DNA of 52,056 nucleotides, taken from the NCBI GenBank assembly GCA_036985755.1, contig BTQG01000003.1, forward strand, positions 1 through 52,056, given 5' to 3'. The notes under the pieces are model-generated. The model was not told where the DNA came from. It saw only the letters and a list, made by a program, of their open reading frames with translations, and searched no databases. The position numbers were made by a program, and so were the translations under genes. Below are positions 8,824 to 19,259 of the stretch, in pieces. This DNA is from Acidimicrobiia bacterium (GTDB taxonomy: Bacteria > Actinomycetota > Acidimicrobiia > Spongiisociales > UBA5794). Within the stretch, counting starts at the first letter, position 1. The number at the start of each line of letters is the position of its first letter.

Positions 8824-9466
8824 CCGCCGCCGCGTACAGATCCCTGATCTCGACGATAGTCAGCGGACGTGAGCTGCCCGGCGCCAATCGGCGATCGGAC
8901 AACGGCCCGATTGCGGTGCGAGTCAGTCGCTGGACCGGGTGCCCGACGGCGGCGAGCATGCGGCGCACGATCCGGTTTCTGCCCTCCCCCATCACCACCT
9001 CGACGATCGATGCATCCTGGTACCGGTCTACGACCTTTGTGCTCACCGCGGCGGCCGGCCCGTCGTCGAGCATCACCCCGTCCGTCAGGCGGCGAAGGGT
9101 GGCGGCGTCGACGAGACCGTCGACCAACGCCACGTAGGTCTTGTGCACACCGTAGCGAGGGTGAGTGAGGCGCAGAGCCAGCTCGCCGTCGTTGGTCAAG
9201 ATGATCAGGCCCTCCGAGTCGGTGTCGAGCCTGCCCACCGGATAGATTCTCGCCTCGTCGGAGACCAGATCGGTCACGATCGGCCTTCCTTGGGGATCGC
9301 TCGTTGTGGTGACGACGCCCTGCGGCTTGTACACGAGGTAGGAGGCGAGGCCGGGCGCGACCGGGAGGGGGACACCATCGATCCGGATGTCGGCGGTTGC
9401 CGGGTCGGTTTGCTGCCCCAGGTGGGCCGGCGCCCCATCGACCGTGACCCGCCCCGCCTCGATCAA
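8804..9466 (-). CDS. rluB: RluB/RsuA-family pseudouridine synthase (true start probably upstream, see findings)
   Basis: The catalytic motif is YPVGRLDTDSEGLIILTNDG. The S4-type N-terminus is only partly contained, because the in-frame upstream codons read IIERIHKLIARSGFASRRAAER. Confidence 0.85.
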   Translation of the reverse strand: MIEAGRVTVDGAPAHLGQQTDPATADIRIDGVPLPVAPGLASYLVYKPQGVVTTTSDPQGRPIVTDLVSDEARIYPVGRLDTDSEGLIILTNDGELALRLTHPRYGVHKTYVALVDGLVDAATLRRLTDGVMLDDGPAAAVSTKVVDRYQDASIVEVVMGEGRNRIVRRMLAAVGHPVQRLTRTAIGPLSDRRLAPGSSRPLTIVEIRDLYAAAGDDGHA

Positions 9467-9507
9467 CCGCTCCGCGGCCCGCCTCGATGCGAACCCGGAA
9501 CGGGCGA

Positions 9508-10089
9508 TCAGCTTGTGAATCCGTTCGATGATCCCTCCGGGCGGAACGGGCGCTCCAGCGTCTCGACGACCTCGGCCGGTGGCACGTGATCGGCGAGCGG
9601 AGGCAGCTCGCCGATCGAGTTGACACCGAGCTTCTCCAGCATCAGGTCGGTGGTCCCGTACAGCAAGGCCTGTCCGGGTCCGGGCGCATGGCCGATTTCC
9701 TGCACCAGTCCGTGACGTTGCAACGTTCTTAGTGCCCGCTCCGAGTCCACCCCGCGGATCTCTGCAACCTGGCCCCGAGATACAGGCTGTTTATAGGCAA
9801 CCACAGCCAGCGTTTCCAGCGCGGCATTCGAAAGCCGGGTCGCCTTGTCCGATGCGGCGAAGCGCTCCAGGTAGGGTTTGGTCTCTGGTTTCGTGTACAG
9901 GCGCCACCCGCCACCGACCTGTCGCAGCACCAGCCCCCCGTCGCGAGATGCCAGCACCTCTTGAAGCTCGGTCAGGGCGACCGCCACCCGGTGGCGGGGG
10001 ATCTCGAGAACCTCGGCGAGGTCGGTCTCGGACAAGGGGGTCTCTGCGACGAACAGGATCGCTTCGATGGCGGCGTCTGTCGCGCTCAC
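9508..10089 (-). CDS. scpB: segregation and condensation protein B
   Basis: Track ORF 9508..10260 is trimmed to GTG 10089..10087 (VSATDAAIEAILFVAETPLSE, a typical ScpB N-terminus). This GTG overlaps the scpA TGA as GTGA. Confidence 0.9.
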   Translation of the reverse strand: MSATDAAIEAILFVAETPLSETDLAEVLEIPRHRVAVALTELQEVLASRDGGLVLRQVGGGWRLYTKPETKPYLERFAASDKATRLSNAALETLAVVAYKQPVSRGQVAEIRGVDSERALRTLQRHGLVQEIGHAPGPGQALLYGTTDLMLEKLGVNSIGELPPLADHVPPAEVVETLERPFRPEGSSNGFTS

Positions 10090-10868
10090 GGTGCCTCCTC
10101 CCCGCGCATCAGGATGTCGAATCGCTCGGCGGCTTCTATCTCGCTGTATCCGACGACGATCGGCGCAAAGCGGTCCTCCTGCGACACGCGGACGATCCCC
10201 CAACGCGCCAACTCCAGCAGGCCGAGGAAGTAGGCGACGACCTCGAGCGAGCTGGTGCAATGGGCGACGAGGTCATCGAAATCGCTCTCGACCGTGCCCG
10301 CCATCCGTGCCTGGATGTCGACGATCGCGTCCTGGACCGACGGCAGCTCTAGGGCGAGGTGGTCCGTGTCCGGTTCTTCATAGAGACCGGAGAACACGCG
10401 ATCGGCGATGGTGGCCAGACCGCGCAGGTCGACCCGTAACACCAGATTGGGCGCATGGGGCGTGACGTCTTCGAGCCCAACGATACGGCCCACGAACCGT
10501 TCGTTCGCCTCGATGCGGTGCCCGAGGACGGCGGCAACGTCCTTGAAGGTGAGGTTCATCAACAGTCGCGCCAGCAGCCGATCCCGCTCCCCGGCGAGGG
10601 CTAGCTCATCATCGAGGTCGAGTGCCCGATCATCGGGGAGGAGATGGCGGGCTTTGAGCTGGATGAGGGTCGACGCGATCAAGAGGAACTCGCTGGTGAC
10701 GTCGAGCTCGAGGTCGCGCATCACATCGAGATAGTCGAGGTATTCAGTGATCAGATCGCTCAGGCTGAGATCGGTGATCTCCACCTGATGCGACGTGATC
10801 AGCTGGAGCAGCAGATCGAGCGGCCCCTCGAAGACGCGCGTTTTCACCTCGTAGGTCATGGGCGGCAT
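10086..10868 (-). CDS. scpA: segregation and condensation protein A
   Basis: FEGPLDLLLQLITSHQVEITDLSLSDLITEYLDYL is the ScpA kleisin N-terminal signature. Length 260 aa, immediately upstream of scpB. Confidence 0.9.
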   Translation of the reverse strand: MPPMTYEVKTRVFEGPLDLLLQLITSHQVEITDLSLSDLITEYLDYLDVMRDLELDVTSEFLLIASTLIQLKARHLLPDDRALDLDDELALAGERDRLLARLLMNLTFKDVAAVLGHRIEANERFVGRIVGLEDVTPHAPNLVLRVDLRGLATIADRVFSGLYEEPDTDHLALELPSVQDAIVDIQARMAGTVESDFDDLVAHCTSSLEVVAYFLGLLELARWGIVRVSQEDRFAPIVVGYSEIEAAERFDILMRGEEAP

Positions 10869-10905
10869 GGTAAAGGGGTACGCCCGGTGGCCGTCGTCTT
10901 TCGGA

Positions 10906-10940
10906 GATGACTGACGACTGACGACTGACGACTGATGACT
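10906..10940. repeat. tandem heptamer array GATGACT-(GACGACT)x3-GATGACT
   Basis: Read directly: five phase-locked 7-nt units between the HD-gene stop (10943) and the scpA start (10868). Confidence 0.9.
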
Positions 10941-10942
10941 GG

Positions 10943-11443
10943 CTACCCATCTGCTTCCAGCAGTGCCGTCCAGCGGTCATCGTCGCTGCCCTCGGGCGGG
11001 GGCCCGGGATGGTTGGCGGCAAAGGAGACCACCAGGCCGTCGAAGCCCGCAGCCGACAGCTCGGCAGCCCCGATCGACCCGTGGTCGCGATAGCGCGACA
11101 TGGCCGCGGTGAGCGGGATCCCGATGCCGTCGAACACGGTGGCGATCGACCGTCCGATGGCGCCGAGGCGGGCGTGGCGTTTTCCAACATCGTGCAACAG
11201 CGCAGCCAGGTACACCTCGTCATCGTCGGGAAGGGAGGCGGCGACTCTCGATGCGACCGCGAACGCATGTCGCTGGTCGGCGGCGTCCTGGCCCCAGAAC
11301 AATTCTGCGCCGGGCGCGTCCAGATGCTGGTGAACCAGTTGTTGCTCCCGAGGGCTGAGGCCCGGCGCAGTCATGTGTCCGTAGAACCGCCGAACCAGGT
11401 GTCCGGCGTGTCGTGTCGCGCCGGTCAGGCGACGGACTTGCAA
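10943..11443 (-). CDS. HD-domain protein
   Basis: AALLHDVGK supplies the HD metal-binding dyad, with further His/Asp upstream (DQRHAF). Length 166 aa. The TTG start overlaps the upstream gene by 19 nt. Confidence 0.75.
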   Translation of the reverse strand: MQVRRLTGATRHAGHLVRRFYGHMTAPGLSPREQQLVHQHLDAPGAELFWGQDAADQRHAFAVASRVAASLPDDDEVYLAALLHDVGKRHARLGAIGRSIATVFDGIGIPLTAAMSRYRDHGSIGAAELSAAGFDGLVVSFAANHPGPPPEGSDDDRWTALLEADG

Positions 11444-11775
11444 TCTACGCAGCGGGTCGAGGTGGGGCGAAAGTCCATGCGTGCGCCGCCGATCGGCTTG
11501 GCACAGGCCTCGCAGATCCCGTAGGTGCCGTTGTCGATCTTGACAAGCGCCTGGTCGATGTCGTCGAGGTGGTGTTTGAGCGACTCGACGAGCCCGAGCA
11601 CTTTGGTGCGCTCGGCGGTGGCCGCTCCACCGTCGGCGAAGGCATCGCCATAATCGACGGTCCCTGTGAGCTCACCGGATTCGTCGGCGCCGAGCTCATT
11701 CATCTGGCGCACAACCTTTGCTCGCTCGTCGTTGAGCGTGCTGGCTGCTGCCTTGAGGTCGATCGTCGCCGTCAT
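11425..11775 (-). CDS. DksA/TraR-family C4 zinc-finger protein
   Basis: A coiled-coil N-terminal part is followed by CEAC-x17-CVDC (GICEACAKPIGGARMDFRPTSTRCVDCK). Length 116 aa. Confidence 0.85.
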   Translation of the reverse strand: MTATIDLKAAASTLNDERAKVVRQMNELGADESGELTGTVDYGDAFADGGAATAERTKVLGLVESLKHHLDDIDQALVKIDNGTYGICEACAKPIGGARMDFRPTSTRCVDCKSVA

Positions 11776-11811
11776 GTACAGGCCTCGTTGTGGTGGCGAT
11801 CCCAGGATTCC

Positions 11812-12699
11812 CTAACGAGCCCGTGGATGCGCCGTCACAAAAACTTCGAGCAAATGTTGGGGAGACACATGTGTATACACCTGTGTGGTCGAAATACTAG
11901 CGTGGCCAAGCATCTCCTGTACAGACCTGAGATCCGCACCCCCTTCCACCATGTGGGTCGCCGCAGAATGGCGCAACACATGTGGGGACAGGCGATCTCC
12001 ACCAATACCGGCCGTGCGTCCGTTGCGTTTCACAATCTCCCAGACGCCCTGCCGGGTGAGCGGTCGCCCCCTGGCATTGAGGAACAGGGTCCCGGGATCG
12101 GGCTTCCCACCTCTCAGGTCCAGTCGGATTTCGAGGTAGTCGTCGACTGCGGCAACGGCATGGCTGCCGAGCGGGACGATCCGCTGCCGGTCGCCTTTGC
12201 CGGTGACGACCGCGCTGCGGTGCTCGAGATCCACATCGATGACATCGACCGTGATCGCCTCGGTGACTCTGCACCCGGTGGCATAGAGGAACTCGAGCAG
12301 CGCCCGGTCGCGGATGCCGAGCGGTCGAGTGGTGTCGGGCACCTCGAGCAACGCCAGCACTTCGTCAACGTGCAGGGCTTTGGGGAGGGACCTGCCCCGT
12401 TTCGGTGTGTCGATCAGGATGGTCGGATCGTCGGTGGCGTGACCCTCAACGACCAGGAACCGGTGATATCCGCGCACCGTTGCCAGCTTGCGAGCGATGG
12501 TCGACGAGGCCAGTTCGATCGTTGCCAGATGGTCGACGAAGTCGGGCGCCGACGCGCCGACACCGGTGTCGGGATCGGCGAGGAACGCGAGGTACTGGGT
12601 CAGGTCTCTCCGGTAGGCGGCGACCGTGTTGGCTGCGAGACCGCGCTCGGATCGCAAGGCGGCGAGGTACTCCTCCGCTTCGGGGGCCAGGGTGGTCAT
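11812..12699 (-). CDS. xerD: site-specific tyrosine recombinase XerD
   Basis: The N-terminal SAM-like domain is YLAALRSERGLAANTVAAYRRDL. Catalytic contexts are ATGCRVTEA, HVLRHSAATH and LGHASISTTQVYTHV. The context (NUDIX-pyrG-recN) matches chromosomal xerD. Confidence 0.92.
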   Translation of the reverse strand: MTTLAPEAEEYLAALRSERGLAANTVAAYRRDLTQYLAFLADPDTGVGASAPDFVDHLATIELASSTIARKLATVRGYHRFLVVEGHATDDPTILIDTPKRGRSLPKALHVDEVLALLEVPDTTRPLGIRDRALLEFLYATGCRVTEAITVDVIDVDLEHRSAVVTGKGDRQRIVPLGSHAVAAVDDYLEIRLDLRGGKPDPGTLFLNARGRPLTRQGVWEIVKRNGRTAGIGGDRLSPHVLRHSAATHMVEGGADLRSVQEMLGHASISTTQVYTHVSPQHLLEVFVTAHPRAR

Positions 12700-13226
12700 C
12701 GCTGAGCGACCAAGAGGAGCCCGATGACCGACTTCGCATCCCGGATGCGGCCGATGCGCACCTGCTCAACGGCCTCGGCGAGGGGCATGGTGACCACCGT
12801 CGCATGGCGTTCTTCCGGCCCTTCCGGGCGCCGCGGCACCGGCTCGATGCCTTCGGCGAGATACAGGCTGATGAGCTCGTCGGTGACACCGGGAGAGGTG
12901 AGGATATCGGTGAGGTGATCGAGCCGTCCCGCGGAGAAACCAACCTCCTCTACGAGCTCCCTTCGTGCCGCGGTGATGGCATCCTCTCCCGGGATGTCGA
13001 GCATGCCTGCGGGGATTTCCAGAATCGCTTCACCGATCGGGGCGCGGAACTGCTCGATCAGCACGACGTCGTCACCATCGAGGGCGACGATGGCAACGGC
13101 ATTGGGAAGGCGCAGGGCGTAGCGGACGGCACGGGTGCCGTCCGGGGCCTCGATGGTCACTTCATCGAGACGGGCGAAACCGACGTCGGCGATGCTCCTC
13201 GAGCCGGTCGTGTGAAAACCCGCCAC
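12696..13226 (-). CDS. NUDIX hydrolase (ADP-ribose pyrophosphatase-like)
   Basis: The Nudix box is GMLDIPGEDAITAARRELVEEVGF. The GTG start lies immediately after the pyrG stop, and the stop overlaps the xerD ATG (ATGA). Confidence 0.85.
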   Translation of the reverse strand: MAGFHTTGSRSIADVGFARLDEVTIEAPDGTRAVRYALRLPNAVAIVALDGDDVVLIEQFRAPIGEAILEIPAGMLDIPGEDAITAARRELVEEVGFSAGRLDHLTDILTSPGVTDELISLYLAEGIEPVPRRPEGPEERHATVVTMPLAEAVEQVRIGRIRDAKSVIGLLLVAQR

Positions 13227-14882
<1,656 letters not shown>

Positions 14883-14943
14883 CTACTCCACCTCGGAAGG
14901 CTGCATTGTACCCGGCCGGGAACGGTTGTCGCGACACCTGCGC

Positions 14944-16542
14944 TCACCGGCCGGCCGCCAGCACCAGCAACTCGGCTGCATGTTCTCTGCCTCGTTCACT
15001 CTCCGGCAAACCCGCCAGCATTCGCGACAATTCCTCGACGCGATCGTCACCTTCGACCATCGTTACGGTGGCGGTGGTTCCGTCGCGGGACACCGCCAGA
15101 TGCTGGTCGGCGAAGGCTGCGACCTGGGGAAGATGGGTGACGCAGAACACCTGCCGTCCTTTGGAGAGGGCGGCCAGCTTCCTGCCCATCGCCAATGCCG
15201 TTTCTCCACCGGTCCCGGCATCGATCTCATCGAAGGCGATCACGGTCCCGTCTTCTACGCCGGAGGCGAGTCGTAGCGCCAGAGCGAGTCTGCTCAGCTC
15301 ACCGCCGGAGGCGATTCTTGCTGCCGATTTCGGTTCGAGCGAGATATCGGAGGAGAACTCGAGAACGATCCTGTCGGTGCCCCTCGGTCCCGGGTCCGCT
15401 TCATCGATGCGGAAACGAACGACTGGACTGGAGAAGCCGAGGTCGACGAGGTGGGCGGCGGCGCCCTTGGCAAGGCGTTCGGCAGCGTTCCCCCTTGCCC
15501 GGCGCAGGTCGGCTCCGGCCGTGCCTACGGCATCGGTGGCCTTGCGGTGGGCGGTATCGAGCTCGCCGGCATCTGCGAGCAGAGCCTCGAGTTCGGCGGA
15601 TCGTTTGGCGGCATCGACACCGAAGCCGAGCACGCCGTCCAGGTCGTCGCCATACTTGCGTTGCAGCTCGGCGAGCAAGGCGAGGCGCTTCTCGACATGG
15701 TCGAGCTGCTCGGGATCCCGCTCGAAGTCGGCCGTGACACCGGCGATTTCCGCCGAAAGGTCCGCAACCAGCACCGCCGCCTCCGCTCCGAGGTCCACGA
15801 GTGGTTGCAGCGACGGATCGGTCTTGGCGGCGATGGTGAGATCGCGCACCGCTTGCTCAAGCGATCCTGTGGCTCCTTCCTCGGCGATGGCCCGCGCGGC
15901 TGCGGCCAACCGCTCCCCCAGCGACTCGGCGTTTCTGAGCCGGGTCGCCAGTCGCCCCAGTTCCACATCGTCGCCGATGCTGAAGCCCGCCTCCGAAATC
16001 TCCGCAGCCTGGAACCGGACGACCTCTCGTTCACGCTGGAGGGCGTGCCGGTCGCCACCAAGCTGTTCGATTCGCGCTTCGATTGCTCGTAACGATGCCC
16101 AGGCTTCGTGGTAGGTGTCGAGTCTCTTAGAACCTGAGACATCGAGGGCACCGTCGATCAAGCCTCGCACCGCGGCAGGCTCGGCGAGGGCATTGCGGTC
16201 GTGCTGACCAACGATGTCGACGAGGGGTGCGAACTGCTGTGCGATGGCCCCTGCAGTCACCATCTTCCCGTCGACGTAGGCCCGTGACCGGGAGGTGTCG
16301 ACGCGGCGGCGCACCACATGCTCCTGACCGTCGACGATGAACCGGCCCTCGACAGACGCTTCCTCGGCGGTCGGGCCGATCTGGTCCTTCCTGGCGGTCT
16401 CGCCCTTGAGCAGACGCAGCGCTCCGAGCAACAGCGTCTTGCCAGCCCCGGTCTCTCCGGTGATCACCACCAGTCCGGGCCCCGGCTCGAGGTGCGCTTC
16501 AGCGATCAGCCCGAGATTGTGGACGACGAGCTCGTCAAGCAT
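14944..16542 (-). CDS. recN: DNA repair protein RecN
   Basis: The N-terminus is MLDELVVHNLGLI...ITGETGAGKT (Walker A). A long coiled-coil middle follows, then SGGELSRLALAL and VIAFDEIDAG. Confidence 0.95.
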   Translation of the reverse strand: MLDELVVHNLGLIAEAHLEPGPGLVVITGETGAGKTLLLGALRLLKGETARKDQIGPTAEEASVEGRFIVDGQEHVVRRRVDTSRSRAYVDGKMVTAGAIAQQFAPLVDIVGQHDRNALAEPAAVRGLIDGALDVSGSKRLDTYHEAWASLRAIEARIEQLGGDRHALQREREVVRFQAAEISEAGFSIGDDVELGRLATRLRNAESLGERLAAAARAIAEEGATGSLEQAVRDLTIAAKTDPSLQPLVDLGAEAAVLVADLSAEIAGVTADFERDPEQLDHVEKRLALLAELQRKYGDDLDGVLGFGVDAAKRSAELEALLADAGELDTAHRKATDAVGTAGADLRRARGNAAERLAKGAAAHLVDLGFSSPVVRFRIDEADPGPRGTDRIVLEFSSDISLEPKSAARIASGGELSRLALALRLASGVEDGTVIAFDEIDAGTGGETALAMGRKLAALSKGRQVFCVTHLPQVAAFADQHLAVSRDGTTATVTMVEGDDRVEELSRMLAGLPESERGREHAAELLVLAAGR

Positions 16543-17329
16543 GATCGAGGCCGAATTGGTGCCTCACCGCCGCAGGGAAGGGGTGGCCCTCGAGGGTCAG
16601 GAAACGAACCACCTCGTCACCGCGACTGATCGATACGGACTGACCCGGATCGACCGTTGCCACCTTCTGCCCATCGACGTTGACGCTCGCCGGACGGTCG
16701 AGCTCCACCGAGACCTCGATCACCGCGTCCGCCGACACCACCAGGCTTCTCGATAGAAGGCTGTGCGGTGCGACCGGCGTCATGATGAGCACGTCCAACG
16801 CCGGATCAACCACCGGCCCTCCTGCCGACAGCGAGTAGGCAGTGGAACCGACGGGGGTGGCCACGATGATGCCATCGGTGCGGTATCTGGCGAAGCGCTC
16901 CCCGTTGATGATGACGCCGATCTCGATGATTCGTTCGCTGCTCACCTTTTCCACGACCACATCGTTGAGCCCGGTCGCAGAGCCTCCTGGAAAGTTGACC
17001 TGGACGGTCATCCGCTCGAAGGTGTGCGTGCGATCGTCGGCGATGGCTGCAACCAACGCCTCCAGCTCCTCTACTTCGAACTCGGCCAGGTAACCGACGC
17101 GTCCCACGTTGATCCCCGCCACAGGGATCCCGCGCATCCAGGCGAGCCTGGCGGCGCGCAGCACCGTTCCGTCCCCACCGACGCCGAGCACGACATCGAT
17201 CTCTTTCGCCACCTCGTCGCCGACGCGGACCACATCGAGGCCACAATCTCCTGCGAGTTCCTCGAGGCGCGCCACAACCTCGCCCGCTTCGTACTTGTCA
17301 TCATGGACGACGACTCCGACCGCGGTCAC
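16535..17329 (-). CDS. nadK: NAD kinase
   Basis: Track ORF is trimmed to GTG 17329..17327 (VTAVGVVVHD...), which overlaps the tlyA TGA as GTGA. Motifs are VLGVGGDGTVLRAA and ATPVGSTAYSLSAGGP. Confidence 0.9.
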   Translation of the reverse strand: MTAVGVVVHDDKYEAGEVVARLEELAGDCGLDVVRVGDEVAKEIDVVLGVGGDGTVLRAARLAWMRGIPVAGINVGRVGYLAEFEVEELEALVAAIADDRTHTFERMTVQVNFPGGSATGLNDVVVEKVSSERIIEIGVIINGERFARYRTDGIIVATPVGSTAYSLSAGGPVVDPALDVLIMTPVAPHSLLSRSLVVSADAVIEVSVELDRPASVNVDGQKVATVDPGQSVSISRGDEVVRFLTLEGHPFPAAVRHQFGLDHA

Positions 17330-18087
17330 GTCAGCTCCTCCCCGGTTACGGCGTGTCGTACGGTACCGGCATCCAGCGCGCATGGTCCGCGCCTGGCATG
17401 GACGAGGAACTCGCGGTTGCCTTCGGCGCCGGTGATCGGGCTGGCAACGACACCGATGGCGCCGACACCTGAAATCTCCAGCGCGTGCACCGCCAGCTCG
17501 ATCGCCCGTCGGTGAACCTCAGGGTCAGACACCACACCGCCGCTGCCGACAAGTTTCTTGCCCACCTCGAACTGTGGTTTCACCAGCAAGACCCAGTCGG
17601 TGCCGTCGGCGCCGAGACCGCTCAGTGCTGGGGCCACGATCTGCATCGAGATGAAAGACAGGTCGGCGACGACGAGATCGAATGGTGCACCGAGCTGCTC
17701 CGCATCGGCATGACGGATGTTGGTCCGCTCAACGACCTCCACGCGATCGTCATTTCGCAGGCGATGGTGGAGCTGACCGTAACCGACGTCGAGTGCGACG
17801 ACGCTGATCGCTCCACGTTGTAGCAGACAGTCGGAGAACCCTCCCGTAGAAGCGCCTACGTCGATGGCGCGCCGCCCGCTGACCGGGATGGCGAAATGTT
17901 CGATGGCGTGATCGAGTTTGTACCCACCCCGTCCGACGAACCGCTCGGGCTCTCCCACCAGATCCAGGGGATCGCCCGGAGCAACCAGCGTGCTCGCCTT
18001 CGGTTCGGCGACCCTGCCGACGCGAACCCGTCCCTGCGAGATCGCCCGGCGTGCTGCAGACCGGCTGGCGACGAGCTTGCGGCGCAC
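17326..18087 (-). CDS. tlyA: TlyA-family rRNA 2'-O-methyltransferase
   Basis: An S4-like N-terminus (VRRKLVASRSAARRAISQGRVRV) is followed by an FtsJ-type SAM site (DVGASTGGFSDCLLQRGA). In-frame upstream codons extend the S4 motif (see finding). Confidence 0.88.
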   Translation of the reverse strand: MRRKLVASRSAARRAISQGRVRVGRVAEPKASTLVAPGDPLDLVGEPERFVGRGGYKLDHAIEHFAIPVSGRRAIDVGASTGGFSDCLLQRGAISVVALDVGYGQLHHRLRNDDRVEVVERTNIRHADAEQLGAPFDLVVADLSFISMQIVAPALSGLGADGTDWVLLVKPQFEVGKKLVGSGGVVSDPEVHRRAIELAVHALEISGVGAIGVVASPITGAEGNREFLVHARRGPCALDAGTVRHAVTGEELT

Positions 18088-18116
18088 CAGCTCGACATCG
18101 AGGCGCCGTCGTTTGC

Positions 18117-18284
18117 TCAGCCCTCACCGCCCGTGGAATGTCCGATATCGTCCAGGTCCGCCTCCAAGCGATCGGCGAGTGCCTCTGCGATCTCGGGGGC
18201 GTCTGCGGCGTCGGCCGTCTCCAGGTCGGCTTCGGTGAGAGAACCATCCCCGGTGGGTGCTTGCGAAGACCGCTCGTTGCTCAT
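18117..18284 (-). CDS. small acidic hypothetical protein (55 aa)
   Basis: The sequence is MSNERSSQAPTGDGSLTEADLETADAADAPEIAEALADRLEADLDDIGHSTGGEG, starting at ATG 18284. It holds the same position as the about 58-aa Rv1693 ORF upstream of tlyA in M. tuberculosis (recalled synteny). No domain recognised. Confidence 0.45.
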   Translation of the reverse strand: MSNERSSQAPTGDGSLTEADLETADAADAPEIAEALADRLEADLDDIGHSTGGEG

Positions 18285-18358
18285 GGGCCCATTATTGCCG
18301 ACCGAATGGCGGGGAAGAAGTACCAAGTATCGCGTGTCGAGTGTCGAGTACGCAGGGC

Positions 18359-18709
18359 CTACTCGACATAGACGGTGTCGTCGCGTTCGACGATCCGGCC
18401 CCTCCCGAGTGGCAGGATCACGGTCAGGGCCTTGACGACCACGCCCAGGCCCGGGATCTTCTCGAAACCACCCTGGGGCCCGAGCACCATCCTGCCCGTC
18501 TCCACGTCGTACTTGGACCCGTGCCACGGGCACACCAGGCACCCGGCTTCGTCAATGCTGCCGTTGGCTAGGTCGGCGTAGAGGTGTCGGCAGCGCCGCG
18601 TGACTGCGAACAACTCGCCATCGGCGTTGCCCACCGCATAACGACCGGCTCCGATAACGGTTCCTGCATCGAGCGCCGACACCGGCCCCACTTCCGTTTC
18701 ATTCGCCAT
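18359..18709 (-). CDS. stand-alone Rieske [2Fe-2S] domain protein
   Basis: The Rieske ligand boxes are CRHLYADL...CLVCPWHGSKYD (CxH...CxxH). Length 116 aa. Confidence 0.85.
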   Translation of the reverse strand: MANETEVGPVSALDAGTVIGAGRYAVGNADGELFAVTRRCRHLYADLANGSIDEAGCLVCPWHGSKYDVETGRMVLGPQGGFEKIPGLGVVVKALTVILPLGRGRIVERDDTVYVE

Positions 18710-18761
18710 TGAACCTCCCAGACGAGCCTACAGCCAGGTGCGACCACCGCAACGGCCCCTC

Positions 18762-19232
18762 CTAATCCGTCACCGGTTCGTCCGAGTGCATCGTGATGCT
18801 TCGCGCCGAGAACCCGTGAGCTTCGTAGAAGTTCTTCGCTTCCCTGTGCCCAGGGCTCACCGTGGCGTCGAACGCTTCGATGCCAGACTCGGCCAGTTTG
18901 GCGATTCCGTGTTTGAACATCTCGTCGGCCAGGCCCACACCGCGCGCCGCAGGCTCGGTAAACAGGTAGCGGATGATCCCGATCCGTTGCTCCCCGTCGA
19001 CCAGGGTGTGTTCGGCGCCGACGAGGAAGCCGACAAGCAGATCGTCGATGGTGCCAACGGTTACGGCATCGGTAGCGACCAGGGCGGCGATGGCCTCCTC
19101 CACCGGTTTCGGCAAACCCTCCGACTCGTGCCACAGCGGGCGCAATGCTGCCTGTTCCGCGGCGAACCGGAGGTACAAACGTTCGATGTCGGCCAGGTCG
19201 GCCTCGGTGGCGTCCCGAGCAGTGATCTGCAT
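18762..19232 (-). CDS. GNAT-family N-acetyltransferase
   Basis: A 156-aa ORF with an acetyl-CoA binding-type segment (RYLFTEPAARGVGLADEMFKHGI) and a C-terminal NFYEAHGF. Confidence 0.85.
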   Translation of the reverse strand: MQITARDATEADLADIERLYLRFAAEQAALRPLWHESEGLPKPVEEAIAALVATDAVTVGTIDDLLVGFLVGAEHTLVDGEQRIGIIRYLFTEPAARGVGLADEMFKHGIAKLAESGIEAFDATVSPGHREAKNFYEAHGFSARSITMHSDEPVTD

Positions 19233-19259
19233 CGCCGGGAGCGTACCGTCGATCGGTGC

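Noticed and set aside
10906-10940. CRISPR array (also considered for 25072..25176, 51884..51932, 24699..24770 and 39535..39588)
   Set aside because: The units are only 7 or 18 nt and directly abut with no spacers. The 18-nt repeats are in-frame coding repeats. No cas genes are present.
11812-12699. Tyrosine recombinase as a sign of an integrated mobile element
   Set aside because: The sequence and the context (NUDIX-pyrG-recN on one side, scpAB on the other) are those of chromosomal XerD. No att-like direct repeats, phage genes or transposase genes lie nearby.
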